This document shows, one piece after another, positions 49,811 to 60,680 of a stretch of 64,000 bases of DNA. Made by a program: the position numbers and the translations under genes. Below the pieces are notes generated by a model, which was not told where the DNA came from, did not search any database, and was given only the letters and a program-made list of their open reading frames with translations. Source of the stretch: Gemmatimonadota bacterium (GTDB lineage: Bacteria; Gemmatimonadota; Gemmatimonadetes; Palauibacterales; Palauibacteraceae); contig JBHIAV010000008.1 in the NCBI GenBank assembly GCA_046758745.1, forward strand, positions 1 to 64,000, read 5' to 3'. Position 1 is the first letter of the stretch, and each line of letters starts with the position of its first letter.

Positions 49811-50275
49811 TCAACGCCCCTCCGGGCGGATGAGGCTGCGGTACATCTCCTTCGGCGTCTCGTTCCCGTGTGGGGGCTTGTACTCGTTCGAGTGTTTCAC
49901 CATGAGATTGGTAGACTCGAACACGCCGTGTGGCCGATAGCGACCCTCCACCACCACGCCCATCCCCTCCCGGAACATGGCCGGCGGCGCTCCCGCGCTG
50001 TGTACGACGACCTCCGCCGCGCTGTCGGCGATCACGAAGCGAAGGTCCCGGGACTCGGCATCCCACAGGACCGACTTCGGCTTCACCTGGCCGCCCAGCC
50101 GGAGCGGAGCGTCATAGATCTCCGGGCCGCGAGCATGAAGCTCGCTCGGCGTAAGGAAGAAGACGACGTTCTCCCGCAGGCTCCCGACTACCAGAAGTCC
50201 CACGGCGCCGGCGATCGCCGCCAGCCCGAGGCCGACCCACAGGCGTCTGCTGCCCCTACTCCCGCTCGTCCTCAT
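49811..50275 (-). CDS. ccmE: Heme chaperone CcmE
   Basis: FFLTPSE, RLGG.V, FREG.GVVVEG and the heme-binding KHSNEY (HxxxY). Confidence 0.92.
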   Translation of the reverse strand: MRTSGSRGSRRLWVGLGLAAIAGAVGLLVVGSLRENVVFFLTPSELHARGPEIYDAPLRLGGQVKPKSVLWDAESRDLRFVIADSAAEVVVHSAGAPPAMFREGMGVVVEGRYRPHGVFESTNLMVKHSNEYKPPHGNETPKEMYRSLIRPEGR

Positions 50276-50299
50276 TCCCGTGGCGCTTGCATGATTCCG

Positions 50300-50470
50300 T
50301 CACCCCCGCGCTTCGCCCGCCGTCCCGGCTGCGGCCTCCGGCTCCTCGCGGAGCTCTTCGAGGGCGCGCGTCGCGGCCTTCACCCGCCGGCTCAGCCGCA
50401 AGGCGTACCACCCCAACACCACCCAGGTGAGCGCGTATCCCGCGGCCAGAAACCCGATGTCATCGCCCAT
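50300..50470 (-). CDS. ccmD: Heme exporter protein CcmD
   Basis: 56 aa single-TM protein with AGY and a charged tail, lying between ccmC and ccmE. Confidence 0.7.
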   Translation of the reverse strand: MGDDIGFLAAGYALTWVVLGWYALRLSRRVKAATRALEELREEPEAAAGTAGEARG

Positions 50471-51146
50471 AATACGCCACGCTCTTCTCCAGTTTCCGTT
50501 CCAGGTGGGCGAGCCGGTATCGCCGGACCATGAAGTAAACATACAGCAAGGTGAAGGCGCCGACGTTCAGCACGAGGGCGGCCAGCAGCTGTGGGGCGAT
50601 CGAGCGCGGGCTGGACGGGGGCTGGTGCAGCGTGCGCCACCACACGACGGAGAGGTACACGATGGGCACGTTGATGAAGCCGACGATTCCGACGATGGCG
50701 GACCAACGCGCTCGCTTCTCCGGGTCGTCGGCGAACGAGCGCACGGCCAGGTAGCCCACGTAGATGGCCAGCATGATCGCCGTGGTGGTGAGGCGGGGCT
50801 CCCAGGTCCACCACACGCCCCAGGTAGGCTTCCCCCACAAAGATCCGAGCGCCAGGGTGAGGGCGGTGAACACGACGCCGATCTCCGCCGAGCTCGCCGC
50901 CACCAGATCCCACCGAGCGTCCCGTTGCACGACGTAAAGCACGCTCATCACGAACACGACGAAGAACGCGAGCATCGCCAGCCACGCCGATGGCACATGC
51001 ACATACATGAGGCGTTGCACCTCTCCCTGCACCGCGTCCGCCGGCACGACGAACAGCCCGACGACGCTCCCGCCCAACAGTACGGTGAGCGCCAGGAGGC
51101 CCAGCAGGCGAGGGCTTCGCGCCAGGCGGCGGTCGGCCTCCGTCAC
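50460..51146 (-). CDS. ccmC: Heme exporter protein CcmC
   Basis: YVHVPSAW, WGKPTWGVWWTWEPRLT (WWD motif) and WWRTLHQ. Confidence 0.93.
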   Translation of the reverse strand: MTEADRRLARSPRLLGLLALTVLLGGSVVGLFVVPADAVQGEVQRLMYVHVPSAWLAMLAFFVVFVMSVLYVVQRDARWDLVAASSAEIGVVFTALTLALGSLWGKPTWGVWWTWEPRLTTTAIMLAIYVGYLAVRSFADDPEKRARWSAIVGIVGFINVPIVYLSVVWWRTLHQPPSSPRSIAPQLLAALVLNVGAFTLLYVYFMVRRYRLAHLERKLEKSVAYYGR

Positions 51147-51819
51147 TCCTCCAGGGCGATCGGAAAGATCCACGTGCACACCACGAAGAATATGATGTCG
51201 AACGAGACGAGGAGGCGAATCCACACTCCCAGCTCTCTCAGCGGGTCGCCCTGCAGGGTCAGCGTGGTGGCCTTCACCGAGCCGAGCAGCACCGGGACGA
51301 GCACGGGGAAGAGCAGCAGGGGGAGCATGATCTCGCGCGCACGAAGGTGTACCGTCAGTGCGGCGTAGAAGGTCCCGACCACCGAGAACCCGAAGGTGCC
51401 GAGCAGCGCGATCCCGACCAGGGCAACAGCATGTCGCCACAGGTCGATCTGGAAGAGGATTCCCGCGGCGGGGATGAGGATCGCCTCCACCAGCAGGAGC
51501 ACTGCCAGGTTCCCGAGCAACTTGCCCAGGTACACGGCACGTACATTGCCGGGATAGAGCCGAAGTCCCTCCAGGCCCCCGCTCGTCTCCTCGCTCTGGT
51601 AGGTTCGGCTCAGGGACAGCATGCCGGTGAACGCGATCCCCACCCACAACAGACCGCCCGCCACCTGCCGGAGCAGAGCGGTATCCGGGCCGATCGCGAA
51701 GCTGAAGATGAAGAGGACGAGCGCGGCGAAGAAGACCATCGCGTTGAAGCTCTGCTTGGTGCGGGCCTCGATGAGGAGGTCCTTCCACACGATAGCCCAT
51801 GCGCGGACCGCCATGGCTC

Positions 51820-51823
<4 letters not shown>
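51143..51823 (-). CDS. ccmB: Heme exporter permease CcmB
   Basis: WKDLLIE.R, E..G.LEGL.L and LPLLLFP..VP, with 6 TM segments. Confidence 0.9.
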
Positions 51824-52548
<725 letters not shown>

Positions 52549-52585
52549 CGCGCGGCACTCCCGTCGCTCAGACGGGACGGTCGGC

Positions 52586-53101
52586 CTACCCGCCGAGCCT
52601 CCGTTCGATCCCCGCGACCACCGTCTCGACGTATCCCCACGCGGGGTGCGCGGAGGGAACGGGTCGGAGACGGGACCACATCACCGGCTCGGAGGGGTGG
52701 TCCGAGGGGTTGAAGAGCACCTCCATGAAGAGTGCCGTCCCGCCGCGGTTCGGCTTGGCCCAGAAGAGTATCTTGACCCACCTCTCGGCCTCCCGCAGCG
52801 AGCCGAACACGGCGGTGGGAAAGACCCTCGGGACGTAGATCCAATCGGACTCCATGTAGGCCACATTCGTCGTGTCGCTCGGCTCGCGCTGGAAAGAGCG
52901 CGCCAGGACGCCGTCATTGCGCAGCGTCACCCAGGCCAGCTGGATGACCGTATCGGGCGGGGCGGCGTAGCGGCTGACCACGGCCGAGCTGGACGGGCCG
53001 CGGGCGATCCCCTGGCTGCCCGTAGCGGGACCGCCGCACCCCGCCAGCCCGGAGGCCACCACCGAGCATACGAGAGCGCCCGGCTTCCAACCCTTGCGCA
53101 T
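52586..53101 (-). CDS. Hypothetical lipoprotein
   Basis: AGGAG SD, basic N-terminus and lipobox LAGC. Co-oriented 37 nt upstream of ccmA. Confidence 0.7.
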   Translation of the reverse strand: MRKGWKPGALVCSVVASGLAGCGGPATGSQGIARGPSSSAVVSRYAAPPDTVIQLAWVTLRNDGVLARSFQREPSDTTNVAYMESDWIYVPRVFPTAVFGSLREAERWVKILFWAKPNRGGTALFMEVLFNPSDHPSEPVMWSRLRPVPSAHPAWGYVETVVAGIERRLGG

Positions 53102-53319
53102 CGGTAACTCCTGGCATACGGGATAGCCGCCGCGGCGGGACCCGGACATCCCCACCGTCGCTCCCCGGGGCCGGAGATGCCCATGGTCGTGCGACGGGTT
53201 CCGTTCCGGTACGCCCACCGTCGCGTGCGCCGTCCTCGGCAACGGGGGAGATGTCATCCCGGCGGGCTTTCCGCAAGCGGCGCGTGGGTGCCTCCCCGCG
53301 TCTTTCGCCTGGAAAGGGC

Positions 53320-53334
53320 TACCCCTCCGGGGTA
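53320..53334. promoter_or_regulatory. 15-bp palindrome TACCCC-TCC-GGGGTA, CsoR/RcnR-type operator-like
   Basis: Perfect 6-bp arms with G/C tracts, overlapping a TGGAAA-17-TACCTT promoter candidate for apgM. Confidence 0.4.
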
Positions 53335-53394
53335 CCTTCAGGCCCGCTGAGGCGGCCCGCGCTCCCCAGGCGGATTGCCAAACGGAGGAGCTCC

Positions 53395-54600
53395 TTGAAA
53401 CTGACCGATCTCGCGGCCCTGGCGCAGCCCTCAGGCGAGAAGATCGTCCTGCTCGTCCTGGACGGCCTTGGCGGGCTTCCGATGAAGCCGGGGGGACGAA
53501 CCGAGCTGGAGGCGGCCCGCACTCCGAATCTGGACGAGCTGGCCCGCGAGGGCGGCTGCGGGCTCCACGAGCCCGTCGCACCGGGCGTCACCCCGGGGAG
53601 CGGGCCCGGGCACCTCTCGCTCTTCGGCTTCGACCCTCTCCACTACCGCATCGGCCGCGGAGTTCTCGAGGCGCTTGGAATCGAGTTCAACCTCGAACCG
53701 GGGGACATCGCGGCTCGCGGCAACTTCTGCACCGTGGACGGGAACGGGGCCGTCACGGATCGCCGGGCCGGGCGCCTCCCTACCGAGGAGTCGGCCCGCC
53801 TGTGTGATCTCCTCACCGCGATCCGGCTGCCCGGTGCCGAGCTGTTCGTGCGGCCGGTCAAGGAACACCGGTTCCTCTTCGTCATCCGCTCCGACGAGCC
53901 GTCCGCATCCGCGATCGCCGACACCGATCCGGAGAGGGAAGGGACCGCGCCGCTCGACGTTCGAGCCGCGACACCGGAGTCCGAGCCGGCGGCCCGCATC
54001 GCGCGTGCCTGGGTCGAAGGAGCCAGGGAGGCCCTCGCCGGGGAGCCGCGCGCCAACATGGTGCTGCTGCGCGGCTTCGCGTCGCTTCCCGATTGGCCGC
54101 GGTTCCCCGAGGTGTTCCGCCTACGGCCGCTCGCCGCGGCCGCCTATCCGATGTACCGCGGCGTGGCCCGACTGGTGGGGATGGAGGCCGTGTCGGTGGA
54201 TGACACGCCCGAAGCGCTGGTGACCGAGCTGCAGCAGCGCTACGACGACTTCGACTTCTTCTTTCTTCACATCAAGGGGACGGACAAGGCCGGCGAGGAT
54301 GGAGATTTCGAACACAAGGTTCGGGTGATCGAATCCGTCGACGCCGTGATCCCGCGTCTGCGCGAAGCCGGTGCCGGCGTTCTCCTGGTGACCGGGGACC
54401 ACTCCACTCCGGCCCGCCTGCGCAGCCACAGCTGGCACCCGGTTCCCTTCCTGGTCCATGGGGGAGCCGGTCGGACGGAGTGCGCGGCCGGCTTCGGGGA
54501 GTCGGAGTGCGCCAGGGGCACCCTCGGGCTGCGCCGCGGGTGTGACCTCATGCCCCTGGCCATGGCGAGGGCCGGCCGCCTCGGGAGGTTCGGGGCGTGA
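53395..54600 (+). CDS. apgM: 2,3-bisphosphoglycerate-independent phosphoglycerate mutase (ApgM type)
   Basis: Motifs LDGLG, TPNLD, PGSGPGH, GRG.LEA, DRRAGR, TDKAGEDG and TGDHSTP. GGAGGAG SD before TTG. Confidence 0.9.
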   Translation: MKLTDLAALAQPSGEKIVLLVLDGLGGLPMKPGGRTELEAARTPNLDELAREGGCGLHEPVAPGVTPGSGPGHLSLFGFDPLHYRIGRGVLEALGIEFNLEPGDIAARGNFCTVDGNGAVTDRRAGRLPTEESARLCDLLTAIRLPGAELFVRPVKEHRFLFVIRSDEPSASAIADTDPEREGTAPLDVRAATPESEPAARIARAWVEGAREALAGEPRANMVLLRGFASLPDWPRFPEVFRLRPLAAAAYPMYRGVARLVGMEAVSVDDTPEALVTELQQRYDDFDFFFLHIKGTDKAGEDGDFEHKVRVIESVDAVIPRLREAGAGVLLVTGDHSTPARLRSHSWHPVPFLVHGGAGRTECAAGFGESECARGTLGLRRGCDLMPLAMARAGRLGRFGA

Positions 54601-55418
54601 GCGCACCTCGGCACTGTCCCGGCTGCGGACGGCCGGCGTCCGGCAACTTCTGCTCGCAGTGCGGCACGCCCCTGGCCAACGGGTCCCGGTGTCGGAACTG
54701 CACCGCCGCCCTGCACGCGGGAGCGCTCTTCTGCCCCGAATGCGGCGCACCCACCGGGGCGCGTCCCGGGAAACCGGTGGCCGCCTACCTGCCCTGGATC
54801 CTCTCCGGACTCGCCCTGGTCGCCTTCTCCGTCGCGATCACCCTCTTCATCCGCGGGCAAGTCTCGGTGCGGGAGCCGGGGATGCCGCCGACGGGAGGGA
54901 TCCTCTCCCCGCAGGGAAACGCCTCCACCGGGGGAGCAGGCGTGGATACGTCCCCCTCGGGTGGGATGCCCACCGCGGCGGAGCTGGCCGCCATGCCGCC
55001 GCGCGAGGCGGCGGACCGCCTCTTCGATCGGGCGATGAGCACACGAGAAGCCGGTGACACGGAGCGCGCCGCCTTCTTCGCCCGCATGGCGGTCGAGGCC
55101 TACCGTCGCGTTCCGCCCGCCGAGCTCGATGAGGATGCCCACTTCCACATCGGGCTCCTCCACCTGGCAGTCGACGACCCGGTGGCGGCCAGGAGCGAGG
55201 CGGAGGCCATCCTGAAGGCCGCACCGGACCATCTCCTCGGCCTCATCCTGTCGGCACGCGCCGCGAGCGCGGCGGGCGACCCGACCGCGGCCCAGGAGAG
55301 CTACGCCCACTTTCTTCGCGTCCTGGCGGCCGAGCAAGAGTCGGGTCGGGTGGAGTACGGGGCGCACGAAGAGCTGATCGCGCGGGAGGCCGAAGCGGCC
55401 CGAGCCTCCACCGGCTGA
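54597..55418 (+). CDS. Double zinc-ribbon / TM / TPR-like protein
   Basis: Four CxxC pairs (CPGC, CSQC, CRNC, CPEC), one TM and a helical TPR-like C-terminus (APDHLLGL). Confidence 0.75.
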   Translation: MSAPRHCPGCGRPASGNFCSQCGTPLANGSRCRNCTAALHAGALFCPECGAPTGARPGKPVAAYLPWILSGLALVAFSVAITLFIRGQVSVREPGMPPTGGILSPQGNASTGGAGVDTSPSGGMPTAAELAAMPPREAADRLFDRAMSTREAGDTERAAFFARMAVEAYRRVPPAELDEDAHFHIGLLHLAVDDPVAARSEAEAILKAAPDHLLGLILSARAASAAGDPTAAQESYAHFLRVLAAEQESGRVEYGAHEELIAREAEAARASTG

Positions 55419-55474
55419 TTCCTGCGGCCGGCGAGCCGGCCGCGGTCGAGGCGGACCGGGCTTCGGTCCCGGGT

Positions 55475-57856
55475 CTAGTGGGAGCGGGGCTCGAGCGGCT
55501 CGATGCGAGCCTGCCGCAGCCGGTTGGCGTTCAGCACGACGGTGACCGAGCTTCCGGCCATCGCCGCCTCCGCCATCACCGGGTGCAGCAGGCCGAGGAT
55601 GGCGATCGGGATCGCTACGGTGTTGTAAAAGTAGGCCCAGAAGAGGTTCTGCCGGATCTTCCGGAAGGTGGCGCGAGCCAGTCGGACGGCTCGCACGACT
55701 GCCGATAGCTCGCCCGCAACCAGGGTCAGGTCTCCTGCCTCGATCGCGATGTCGGTCCCGGTGCCGATGGCGATTCCGACATCCGCCTGGGTGAGGGATG
55801 GCGCATCGTTGATGCCGTCCCCCACCATGGCTACGACTTTTCCGTCGTCCTGGAGCTCCCGGATGAGGGCGAGCTTCTGATCGGGCAGCAGCCCCGCGTG
55901 CACGGTCTCGATGCCGACGCTCCGCGCGACCGCGGCCGCCGTACGGCGGTTGTCCCCCGTGAGCATCACGGGGTCCAGCCCGAGCCGCCGGAGCTCCCCG
56001 ATCGCTTCGCGGGCCCCCTTCTTCACCCGGTCGGCGATCGCGATCACCCCTGCACTGCGACCGTCCACGGCCACGAGGATCACCGTGCGCGCCTCCGCTT
56101 CGAGCCGGTCAGCAGCGTCGCGGAGCTCCCCGGCGTCGATCCCCAGCTCGGCGAGCAGCTTCTCGCTTCCGGCCACGACTCGACGTCCGGAGACGCGGCC
56201 GCTCACGCCCCTCCCGGTGTGCGATTCGAAATCCGAAACGACGTGCGGAGCCAGGCCTCGCTCGTCGGCCGCTTTCGCCACGGCCTCTCCCAGCGGGTGC
56301 TCGGATTCCCGCTCCACCGAAGCGGCGAGCCGCAGGAGATCGTCCGCCGACCAGCCATCGGCGGGGACCACATCGGTCACCGACGGCTCACCGGCGGTCA
56401 GGGTGCCGGTCTTGTCGAAGGCGATGACGTCGGCCTCGTCCAGGGTCTGGATCGCCGCGCCGTCCCGGATGAGAATCCCGTGCTCGGCTCCCATCCCCGT
56501 GCCGACCATGAGCGCGGTCGGCGTCGCGAGCCCCAGCGCGCACGGGCATGCGATGACGAGGACCGCCAGCGTGGCGAACACGGCCAGCGACACCCGTCCG
56601 ACTTCGGGCATGAGCCACGGGAGCGCCGCCGAGGCGCGCTCCACGACGCCCCCGAAGAAGGAGGGGAAGATGAGCCAGGCCAGAAGCGTCACCAGCGCGA
56701 CGGCAAGGACGGTCGGAACGAAGATCGCCGTCACGCGGTCGGCGAACTCCTGGATCGGGACCTTGCTTCCCTGAGCCTCCTCTACCATGCGGACCACGCC
56801 CGCGAGGAAGGTGTCCTCCCCCACGCCGGTCGCGCGCACGCGCAGCACTCCCTGTCGGTTGATGGTGGCGCCGATCACCCTGGCTCCCGGCCCCTTCTCC
56901 ACCGGCATCGACTCCCCCGTGGCAAGGGACTCGTCGACGGCGCTACTTCCCGATTCGACTATGCCGTCGGTAGGGATCTTCTCGCCCGGCCGAACGACCA
57001 TGAGGTCCCCCACCACGACCTCGGAGATCGGCACCTCCACCTCCTGACCGTCCCGGACGACCCGGGCGACCCGCGCCTCGAGCGAGAGCAGCTTCTGGAT
57101 CGCCGCCGAGGTGCGTCCGCGCGCCTTGGTCTCCACGTACCGGCCCGTCAGGTGAATGGCCATGATCATCGCGCCGATCCCTGCGTAGTTCATGAGCACC
57201 GGAAGGACATAGAGGTGCCCCAGGACCGCGACGGCGCCCGTGACGAGGGCGGCCCCGCTGCCGAGGGCGATCAGCGCGTCCATGTTGGGGCGGCGTCGGA
57301 GCGAAGACCGGAGACCGCTCGACAGCGTCTCACGCCCCGGCCCGAAGAGGACGGGGGCCGCGAGCGCGAGGAGCCCGAGGTCGAAGGCGAGCGGCCCGGG
57401 CCACTTCACGCCCCAGAACATCTCGGGGAGCATCCAGGCCATGCTGGGGGCCGTGAGGAACCACGCCGCCTGCATCCGGCGTCGGGCGGTCGCCACCCGC
57501 CGGGCATCCCGATCGAGCCGATCGCGCTCTCGGCTCGCCCGATCTTCTGCACGCTCGGGAGGCTCGATAAGGGCATAGCCGGCGGCGGCCACGGCATCCC
57601 GCAGGAGCTCGAAGCCGACACGCTCCGCCGGATAGCTCACCGTGGCGGTCTCGGCGGGAAGGCTGACGGACGCCTCGACGCCTTCGATTTCGTTGAGGGC
57701 TCGCTCCACCGACGCGCTGCACCCGGCGCAGTGCATCCCTTCGACGCGGAAGACCCGACGCCTCGCGGCCGTGGCGGTTACCGAGTGCGAGGCGACGCTC
57801 GCCGGCGTCCCGGCGCCGCGTTCCTCTCGCGACTCCGTCGTGGTGTCCTTCGTCAT
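55475..57856 (-). CDS. copA: Copper-translocating P1B-type ATPase
   Basis: One HMA domain (GMHCAGC), TGES, CPC, DKTGT, GDGIND, YN and MAGSS (Cu(I) P1B-1 signature). Confidence 0.93.
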   Translation of the reverse strand: MTKDTTTESREERGAGTPASVASHSVTATAARRRVFRVEGMHCAGCSASVERALNEIEGVEASVSLPAETATVSYPAERVGFELLRDAVAAAGYALIEPPERAEDRASRERDRLDRDARRVATARRRMQAAWFLTAPSMAWMLPEMFWGVKWPGPLAFDLGLLALAAPVLFGPGRETLSSGLRSSLRRRPNMDALIALGSGAALVTGAVAVLGHLYVLPVLMNYAGIGAMIMAIHLTGRYVETKARGRTSAAIQKLLSLEARVARVVRDGQEVEVPISEVVVGDLMVVRPGEKIPTDGIVESGSSAVDESLATGESMPVEKGPGARVIGATINRQGVLRVRATGVGEDTFLAGVVRMVEEAQGSKVPIQEFADRVTAIFVPTVLAVALVTLLAWLIFPSFFGGVVERASAALPWLMPEVGRVSLAVFATLAVLVIACPCALGLATPTALMVGTGMGAEHGILIRDGAAIQTLDEADVIAFDKTGTLTAGEPSVTDVVPADGWSADDLLRLAASVERESEHPLGEAVAKAADERGLAPHVVSDFESHTGRGVSGRVSGRRVVAGSEKLLAELGIDAGELRDAADRLEAEARTVILVAVDGRSAGVIAIADRVKKGAREAIGELRRLGLDPVMLTGDNRRTAAAVARSVGIETVHAGLLPDQKLALIRELQDDGKVVAMVGDGINDAPSLTQADVGIAIGTGTDIAIEAGDLTLVAGELSAVVRAVRLARATFRKIRQNLFWAYFYNTVAIPIAILGLLHPVMAEAAMAGSSVTVVLNANRLRQARIEPLEPRSH

Positions 57857-58064
57857 GCGCTTCAACTCCGCTGGACGTGCCCGGCCGCCCGCCCCGCCCG
57901 GCCCCTCCCGGCCGAATAGACGGGCGGCGGGGCGACGTGCCACGAAACGCTTCTTCCGCCGCCTTAGATCATAATACCCCGGCGGTTCCGGCGGCCCCCC
58001 TCCGGGGAGTCGGCCCCCTCGCCGCGGGTGGACGCGGTCCGCCGCCTCCCGTTAAACTGGCCGC

Positions 58065-58748
58065 ATGCTGGATCGTCTGAAGCGGGCGCTGGACGCGGCG
58101 CTCACGGCGCTGGAAGCGCGGTCGGGTCACGGACCTGAAGAGGAGATCGACGAGCTCCTGCGGGCGATGCGGGAGGAGCTCATCGCGGCGCGGGCGCGGC
58201 TCCCCGAGCTCGAGGGCGTGATCCGGAAGCATGAAAGGGCCGTGGAGCTGGAGACGCGAAAAGCGGAGGAGTGCGCTCGCCGGGCCCGACAGGCGGCGGC
58301 GATCGACGACGGAGAGACGGCTGAGGTGGCGCTCCGCTTCGAAGAGCGGCACCGCTCCCGGGCCGGGGTGCTGGAACAGAAGCTCAAGGCCGCGCGCGCC
58401 GAGTTCGAGCTCCAGAAGCGCACCGTCTCGGAGATGACCGAGCAGCTCAAGGGAGCGATCGCGCGGCGGGATGCCGTGGCGGCGCGGGCACGTCGCGCGC
58501 GGGCGACCGGGAAAGTGCGGGGAGGCCGCCCCGGAGTGCTCGACGAGTTCGATCGCCTCGTGGAGCGCGTGGAACGGGCCGGGGATGTCGGCGCGGCGTC
58601 GCGGGAGCTGGACGAGGAACTCGGCCCGGGGAGTGGTGGGGGGGACGCGGATGTCTCGCCCGTGGATCGGGAGGAGCTGGCGGAGCTCCAGCTCGAGGAG
58701 CTCAAGCGCCGAATGGCCGCCGAGGAAGGGAAGCGGGGGGAAAGCTAG
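58065..58748 (+). CDS. PspA/IM30 family protein
   Basis: MLDRLKR N-terminal helix, long coiled coil with A..A...D.ETA..AL, and C-terminal LEELKRRM. Confidence 0.8.
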   Translation: MLDRLKRALDAALTALEARSGHGPEEEIDELLRAMREELIAARARLPELEGVIRKHERAVELETRKAEECARRARQAAAIDDGETAEVALRFEERHRSRAGVLEQKLKAARAEFELQKRTVSEMTEQLKGAIARRDAVAARARRARATGKVRGGRPGVLDEFDRLVERVERAGDVGAASRELDEELGPGSGGGDADVSPVDREELAELQLEELKRRMAAEEGKRGES

Positions 58749-58750
58749 GC

Positions 58751-59509
58751 CTACGCGTCCGCCGTGTCGGACGCCGCGAAGGCGCGTTCGTACACGAGGC
58801 GGGTCCGCCACCGGAACCTGCGGGTATCCGTGGCAGGGTTGTCTCGGCGCGGTGCCGGGATCGAGGCGGCAAGCATGGCTGCCTGCCGCTCCGAAACGTC
58901 GGAGACGGGGATCCCGAAGTAATGGCGGGATGCCGCTTCGACACCGAACAATCCCGGGCCGAGCTCGATCACGTTGAGGTAGAGCTCCAGGATCCTCCTC
59001 TTCTCGAGCTGCCTTTCCAGTCGCCGCGCGATTAAAGCCTCCCGCAGCTTGCGCAGGTAGCTCCGGTCGGAGGAGAGGTACAGGTTTCGGGCGAGCTGTT
59101 GGGTGATCGTGCTGGCTCCACGTGGGGCCTCCTTCCGCTCCCATGCCCGCCGGATCGCGTCCCGCAGCTCGTACCAATCGAACCCGTGGTGGTCGTAGAA
59201 GGCGGCGTCCTCCGCGACACGAACCGCCCGCTGCACGCTCTTCGGGATGGCGGAGAGCCGCACCGGCCGGTAGCCGAGGCGAAGCGTCTCGCCCCCCTCC
59301 TTCGCCTCCTGGATCCGCTGCTTCATGTACGAGGTCTGAGCGGGCCAGCCGCTGCGAAGCGTCCGCACGTCGGGGAGGCTGATCCACACGAAGAAGCCGA
59401 TGAGCAACCCGGCGCTCAGCAGCGCGCCGAGCGCCAGGCTCCACATCGGGTGCCCGGCGACGCGGCGCAGATCGGATCCCGCACCGCGCCGGCCGACCCG
59501 CCGACTCAC
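58751..59509 (-). CDS. mtgA: Monofunctional peptidoglycan transglycosylase
   Basis: Motifs AED..FY.H.GFD, RGASTITQQLARNL, RKLRE, KRRILELYLN and FGVEAAS. Confidence 0.92.
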   Translation of the reverse strand: MSRRVGRRGAGSDLRRVAGHPMWSLALGALLSAGLLIGFFVWISLPDVRTLRSGWPAQTSYMKQRIQEAKEGGETLRLGYRPVRLSAIPKSVQRAVRVAEDAAFYDHHGFDWYELRDAIRRAWERKEAPRGASTITQQLARNLYLSSDRSYLRKLREALIARRLERQLEKRRILELYLNVIELGPGLFGVEAASRHYFGIPVSDVSERQAAMLAASIPAPRRDNPATDTRRFRWRTRLVYERAFAASDTADA

Positions 59510-59516
59510 CGGATCG

Positions 59517-60128
59517 TCACGCGCTCACCGTGCGCCGCAGCGCGTCGACCTGATCGGGCCGGCCGAGGACGATGAGCACATCCTCGCCCAGGATACGCTC
59601 CTGCGGGCCGGGGCTGTACACGAGCTTGCCGTCGCCCCTGTGGCCGGCGCGGCGAACCGCGATCACGATCAGTCCCGTCTTCTGCGGTATGCGGCAGTCC
59701 GCCAGACTGAGGTCCGCGAGCGGGGAGCCGACGGGCACGGTGACCTCCTCGAGGTAGCGCCAGGCCCTCCCCGCGCGTCACCACATCCAGGAAGCTCATA
59801 ACCTCCGGACGGAGCAGCACGGACGCCATGCGGATCCCGCCCGTGATGTTCGGCTCACCACGTGGTCGGCGCCCGCCTTGTAGAGCTTCTGCATCGGGTC
59901 CTCGTCGTGCGCCCGCGCCACGATGGTGAGGTTCGGCTGCAGGTCCCGTGCGCTCAGACACACGAAGAGGTTGTCCGTGTCCGCGCTCAGTGATGCCACG
60001 AGTCCCCGGGCGAGGCCGATGCGCGCCTGCACGAGCGTCTCATCCCTGGTGGCATCGGCCTCGAGAATGGGGGCCTCGGGGAAGAGCTGACGGATGGCCT
60101 CGGCATCGGCGTCGCGGGCCCTTTTCAT
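59517..60128 (-). pseudogene. 5'-truncated, doubly frameshifted K+ channel / TrkA-type RCK protein
   Basis: Three frames join as ...KAGADHVVS | (P)NITGGIRMASVLLRPEVMSFLDVVTRGEGLAL | (R)LEEVTVPVGSPL...VLIVLG. Each junction (about 59852 and about 59754) lacks one base. No pore domain or GxGxxG is present. Confidence 0.8.
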
Positions 60129-60129
60129 C

Positions 60130-60158
60130 TTGACGCTTCCGGACCGGAAAGGTACTCT
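60130..60158 (+). promoter_or_regulatory. Sigma70-type promoter of the HU gene
   Basis: TTGACG-17 nt-TACTCT. Confidence 0.7.
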
Positions 60159-60216
60159 TGGGCAGGCCTCAAGCCGCCTCTCGCCTGCGTTTTCTCAACT
60201 TACCGAAGGAGCCAAC

Positions 60217-60501
60217 GTGAACAAGACCGAACTCATCGAAGGGCTCGCCGACGCGACGGGGATGACCAAGGCGGACTCGCAGCGCGCCGTCGACGCGCTG
60301 TTTGACGCCGAGAGTGGCCTGATAGCCGCGGCGATGAAGCGGAACCAGAAGGTTCAGATCACGGGTTTCGGCACGTTCGAGCCGCGTCAGCGGAAGGAGC
60401 GAATGGGGCGGAACCCCCGCACCGGTGAGCAGATTCGGATCGCGGCCAGCACTTCTGTCAGCTTTCGGGCCGGCAAGAGCCTGAAGGACGCGGTCAGCTA
60501 G
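60217..60501 (+). CDS. hup: HU family DNA-binding protein
   Basis: MNKTELI...ITGFGTF...R.GRNPRTGE.I.I...FRAGKSLKDAV. AAGGAG SD. Confidence 0.95.
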   Translation: MNKTELIEGLADATGMTKADSQRAVDALFDAESGLIAAAMKRNQKVQITGFGTFEPRQRKERMGRNPRTGEQIRIAASTSVSFRAGKSLKDAVS

Positions 60502-60680
60502 CTTCGTCGCGAAAGGAACTGCGCCTTCCTCCCGGTGGCGAGACGGCTGCTCCATCGGTTCCGGGAGGGATCGGCCAACAAGTCGAAGCGCTTGCTCTCC
60601 GACGCCCTCGGGTCCGGGGATGCGACACCGGCTCTCTTCTGCGCCGGCGGCAGACGGGAGCGTCGCCGGATCCCGTCCTT

